Part shown: positions 60,286-64,000 of the stretch, piece by piece
How positions within the stretch are numbered: position 1 is the first letter of the stretch
How the letters are laid out: each line of letters opens with the position of its first letter
Assembly (NCBI GenBank): GCA_004431415.1
Contig: QPMI01000562.1
Coordinates: 62,001-126,000 of the forward strand
Direction of reading: 5' to 3'
DNA: 64,000 nt
Origin: Cyanophora paradoxa CCMP329
Taxonomy: Eukaryota > Plantae > Glaucophyta
Translations under genes and position numbers: made by a program
Notes under the pieces: generated by a model
Databases searched by the model: none
The model's input: only the letters and a program-made list of their open reading frames with translations
What the model was told of the DNA's origin: nothing

Positions 60286-61511
60286 ATGGCACTCACTGGA
60301 ACTACCCTGAAGGAACTCCTCGTAACTCCCGGTTCCGATCAAATTTATCTTTCCCCTGGTCTCCAAATCGGAACCAACCCCAAATACAAACCATTCCTCG
60401 AGCAAGTTCGTCCCCGGGGCAACACTTTTGGCTTCAAGAATACCGCTTACTTTGATCTACCTCGCAAGCAACTCCTTGCTGGTGTTTCGCTCTATTTCAA
60501 GATTGCCACTGGTGGTGGTGTAGCCTGCACCCTCCCCAATGGTGGTTCTTCTTTTATTAATGAGGTCCGTTTCGTTCATGGTGGTTTCAAGTATATTATC
60601 CCTGGTGATTGGATCACTGTAAACGCCCTGGTCGATAATGATCACGCTACCATGAGCAGCATGTATGCTTCTCTCGGTTACTTCAAAGAGACAGATCGTG
60701 AAAGCACAGATGAAGCAATGGAATACATCGTTAGAATCCCCGCTGCTTTCTGGAAGAAGCTTATTTCCCATTATGTACGCTAGCCGATATGCCAACAATC
60801 GAGGTTGATTTCCGTGATGCTGCGATTGTCCAAGTTCCGGCTGGTGGATCTGTAACCTTTGCGGATTGCTCTCTGATCTGCCAATTCGTAAACATTGCTT
60901 CGGCTGAGGCTGAGACACTCCTTAAAATGGCGAACGAACAAGGTGGCATTCGCATCCCGATCACAGAGGTCATTCACAAGAAGACCCGAGCGCTCAAAAC
61001 CGCTGATGCTGGTGAATCTGTTGAGGTTACACTCGCTAATGTTTCTGGTCTGGTTCACTCGATTCTGATGACTGTTCGAGAGGTGAACAAACTTAACACC
61101 TACACTCACTCGGATTTCTGCGGTCATGAATCTGCTGTTAAGATTGATCAGTTCCAGATCTTCCACAACAATCGCTCCCTGGATATATCTAACAAACCCA
61201 TTTCCGGTTTCCTCTCTGCTGTCAATCACATTCCTTCTCACTACAAGGGTGTTACTGTGGGCAATACCACGTACGGATTCGAGTCTGGAAATGTTTACGG
61301 AATTGTTCTTTCCAAGTCTGGAAAAGATTCGCTTCGGAACTCGGTTATGGGTTACCAGGATTTCTTCAACAGCAGCTCGAGTTACATGGATCTCACTGTT
61401 TCCGGATGCACTGATGCCGCTCCTGTTCAGGTTGATATCTATGCCCTCCGACACAATGTTATGGTACTTAATGGCTACAACATCTCTACCCTGAAAGTCT
61501 CGAACTTCTAA
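60286..61511 (+). CDS. Major capsid protein (double jelly roll, ~408 aa), split by one frameshift at ~60764
   Basis: FG....FDLPR..LL....L; FINEVRF..GG...GDWI; YIVRIP..FW. Adding one T gives FPLCTL...IEVDFR; ends VDIYALRHNVMVL. Confidence 0.85.
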
Positions 61512-61591
61512 AGTTCTTTTCTTTTGTTAGTGTAGGAAGCGCAATTATTTGTAGGTGTGTACTTTATTTTGTTTTTTATCTTATTACTGTA

Positions 61592-62350
61592 ATGGATAAC
61601 ACAGTAAATCTTGATGATATTCCGGAGTTCGATCCGAGTAAGACGGTTCGAATCCCGACAAGAATTTTGAATGTTGGTCGCTCCAATACAGGTAAGACAA
61701 TGTTCACAAAATACTTACTTTACGAGCTTCGTGACAAGATCGATCAAATCGTTATATTTAGTTCAACAGCTTTTACTGGACAATTCAATGACATCACCCA
61801 TCCCGATAACATCTATGAAGAGTGGGATGATAACATTGTTTTGAGATTGATCAGTATGCAAAAGAAACGAATTGAGAATAACGAAAAGCGAAATAACCTA
61901 GTTATCATACTCGATGACATGATAGGTTCAAATTTGGATATGCATAATTCGGCTGTGTTATCTAAATTAGTAACGAGTGGAAGACATTATTCAATCTCGG
62001 TAATCTTTAATGTTCAGCGTTTGTGTTCTATTTCTACTACCATTCGTCGCAATGTGGAGTTCGTTGTATTTTTCAATATTCTTGGGAACGAGAAAGAGTT
62101 CAATTGCGCCTTTGATGAGTACAATGGTGGTTTGGATAAGAAGACCTACAAGGAATTGCATAGACTATGGGGTTATAATTACCAAACTGTCATAGCTAGC
62201 CTGCAAGGTTATGATATCAAGACCTATACTGATAGAGCAGTACTAACAGATGATGATATGAAGGGTTTTAAGAAGTTTGTGAAGAGAAAAGCAATTAAAA
62301 GGGGTCAGATGGCTCGGATTCAACGAGAAATGACCACAATCAGTGTGTGA
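61592..62350 (+). CDS. A32/FtsK-like genome packaging ATPase
   Basis: Walker A GRSNTGKT, Walker B LVIILDD, GRHYSISVIFNVQ, IRRN. Confidence 0.95.
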   Translation: MDNTVNLDDIPEFDPSKTVRIPTRILNVGRSNTGKTMFTKYLLYELRDKIDQIVIFSSTAFTGQFNDITHPDNIYEEWDDNIVLRLISMQKKRIENNEKRNNLVIILDDMIGSNLDMHNSAVLSKLVTSGRHYSISVIFNVQRLCSISTTIRRNVEFVVFFNILGNEKEFNCAFDEYNGGLDKKTYKELHRLWGYNYQTVIASLQGYDIKTYTDRAVLTDDDMKGFKKFVKRKAIKRGQMARIQREMTTISV

Positions 62351-62594
62351 AAGGACGATTTTTGAGAAATGTTGTATAATAAGGTAGCTTGAAATACTGT
62401 GGGGATTGCACAGTTGCGTAGAGCTTAAACAGCGCTTCAAACCGATATGCAGAACGTTGCGAGATCATAATCTGGTGATGAGATACAAGCGTTTGAAGAT
62501 GCCGATAATCGATTTACCGAAACTTCGGTGAAACGTGAGCGAAACTTGAACCGTGAGATCATATACCCTACTATGGTTTATTCCCCGGGTTTTC

Positions 62595-62678
62595 ATGGCG
62601 CATTTAATGGCGCATTTAATGGCGCATTTAATGGCGCATTTTATGGCGCATTTTATGGCGCATTTTATGGCGCATTTG
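62595..62678. repeat. 12-bp tandem repeat ATGGCGCATTT(A/T), 7 copies
   Basis: Read directly from the sequence. Confidence 0.9.
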
Positions 62679-62739
62679 ATGAAAAGTCCCTACTCTGTGG
62701 CATGAACCAATCAGAAGCCAGCAAATTTAAAATTAATAT

Positions 62740-62832
62740 ATGAGGTATTATCTGAGATATAATCTGAGGTATTATCTGAGATATAATCTGAGGTATTATC
62801 TGAGGTATTATCTGAGATGTTATCTGTGATGT
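62740..62832. repeat. 12-bp tandem repeat TGAG(G/A)TAT(T/A)ATC, ~7.5 copies
   Basis: Read directly from the sequence. Confidence 0.9.
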
Positions 62833-63257
62833 AAACCTGGGGAGAAGTTGAAGGGGGATACATTGAAAGTCAGTGAGCCAATCAGATTGCGTCACACATA
62901 TATACATATACATCATGACAATATACACATCGCCGTGATCGTCATAATCTCCCGAGTCACGTGGTATGTCATATATATCATATACATATACATCGTCATC
63001 ATGACGTCATCATCACATATACACAAATTGATATGTTATAGGTTTGACTATAAATCGATTTCCTATGATATATATGATATATATTACAGTGATATATTGA
63101 CGTATATACGATTCAAAAACAATTAAAATTCTATTGTTTTTATTGTCGTTTCTATTGTTGTTTCTAGTGTAACAAATACAGTAAAAAATCGTTCAAAAAA
63201 TACAGTAAAAAATGAGAGGTTTTTCTTTCGAGGTTTTAACTAAACTTACTTAGTTAT

Positions 63258-63661
63258 TCATGGGAGACACGGCGGATAAAAAGGATATAACTTCGATTAA
63301 ATATAATTAATCGAGATAATGATATAACTTCGATAAATAAGATTTAAGATATAACTTCGATAAATTCGATTTTTGTTACTGAGGCTTACTGAGATTACTG
63401 TTGAATACGAATAGGGTTACTGGGAATGGTTTGTTTTTCTTGGGAATTGTTTTGGAGACACGGCGCATAAAAAAGATATAACTTCGATAAGATATAATTA
63501 ATCGAGATTATGATATAACTTCGATTAATTCAATGTTTCTTACTGAGGCTTACTGAGATTTACTGATATTCAAGATTGGGTTACTGGGAATGGTTTGTTT
63601 TCTGATTTGTTTTTGATTTTTTCGCGGGTATTTTTTTGGAGACACGGCGCAGTGCTGAGCT
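63258..63661 (-). repeat. Right terminal inverted repeat
   Basis: TCATGGGAGACACGG...GGAGACACGGCGCAGTGCTGAGCT, followed by TSD ATCGT. Confidence 0.95.
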
Positions 63662-63666
63662 ATCGT

Positions 63667-64000
63667 CCCACTTCTACAACTGGGGAGCTCGCCGTCGGTC
63701 TTCAGTTAATCTGCCGGTGGCGGCTTCCGACGGAAAATTGGCTCGACGGGCATCGATTCCGCACGCGCCTTCGGTGGCGGAAGCGACCAAAGAGCGCCAA
63801 GCTGACTCCGGATCCTCATTCCACGTGATCGCAATCGATCGCAAAGCAGAGACCGAGGCGTCGAAGCCCCTATCTTTGGACAAAAAGACACGCAAGTACG
63901 GTTGCGGGTCGGATGTTGCGATCGCCGGTGAGCCACATTTGTTTGTTGGGTATTTCTTTTCCCCGAGTTCTCGTGCGGCCTCCCCACCTTCCGCTCGCGC
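63667..64000 (+). pseudogene. Segment 4 of the interrupted host gene (runs off the window end)
   Basis: Removing the virus and one TSD copy gives HYIPS-SHFYNWGARRRSSVNLPVAASDGKLARRASIP..., which stays open to the window end. Confidence 0.75.

Larger units (their letters stand above)
52200..63661. mobile_element. Complete endogenous Polinton-like virus (11,462 bp)
   Basis: Abrupt AT-rich, intronless block; 404-bp TIRs with AG...CT termini; 5-bp TSD ATCGT at 52195-99 and 63662-66; integrase, PolB-helicase, mCP, MCP and ATPase genes. Confidence 0.95.

Noticed and set aside
60755-60790. Programmed -1 ribosomal frameshift in the MCP
   Set aside because: No canonical X XXY YYZ slippery site, and identical single-base deficits occur throughout the element.
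60780-61454. 224-aa minus-strand ORF within the virus
   Set aside because: It is the antisense shadow of the MCP gene, with no ATG context or motifs.
62330-62530. Possible small frameshifted ORF after the ATPase (…VELKQRFKPICRTLRDHNLVMRYKRLKMP…)
   Set aside because: It would need several corrections and has no clear start; insufficient support.
63285-63530. ATAACTTCG repeats in the viral TIR resemble the loxP arm, with a tyrosine recombinase encoded nearby
   Set aside because: Only 9 of 13 bases match, and the copies are direct rather than inverted around an 8-bp spacer. The 5-bp TSD is explained by the rve integrase.

Overview
Eukaryotic, very GC-rich, short-intron-rich nuclear DNA. An algal/protist host is inferred; an MAFV-type transit peptide and a phytochrome-like fragment hint at a glaucophyte. 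1-15 kb holds compact host genes: a phytochrome-like 5' fragment, RUS/DUF647, GST, N-carbamoylputrescine amidase, F-box, coiled-coil and RING-H2. 15.4-21.9 kb is a nest of non-autonomous hAT-type and Tc1/mariner-type elements with readable TIRs and TSDs. From 23.2 kb to the end lies one host gene (signal peptide, WD40, PKD/SEA-like) whose reading frame is restored exactly when three large insertions are removed. (i) A 12.3 kb tyrosine-recombinase (DIRS-order) retrotransposon with split direct repeats A1-ORFs-B1-A2-spacer-B2 (24357-36678). (ii) An inverted 11.6 kb non-autonomous relative whose ORFs are replaced by 139-bp and ~160-bp tandem arrays (39989-51566). (iii) A complete, AT-rich, 11,462-bp endogenous Polinton-like virus (52200-63661) with 404-bp TIRs and a 5-bp TSD, encoding an rve integrase, a PolB-SF1 helicase-HNH fusion, minor and major capsid proteins and a packaging ATPase. 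Its frameshifts are fixed by single-base changes in short homopolymer runs, so it may be intact. All calls are by motif recognition; no database searches were run.
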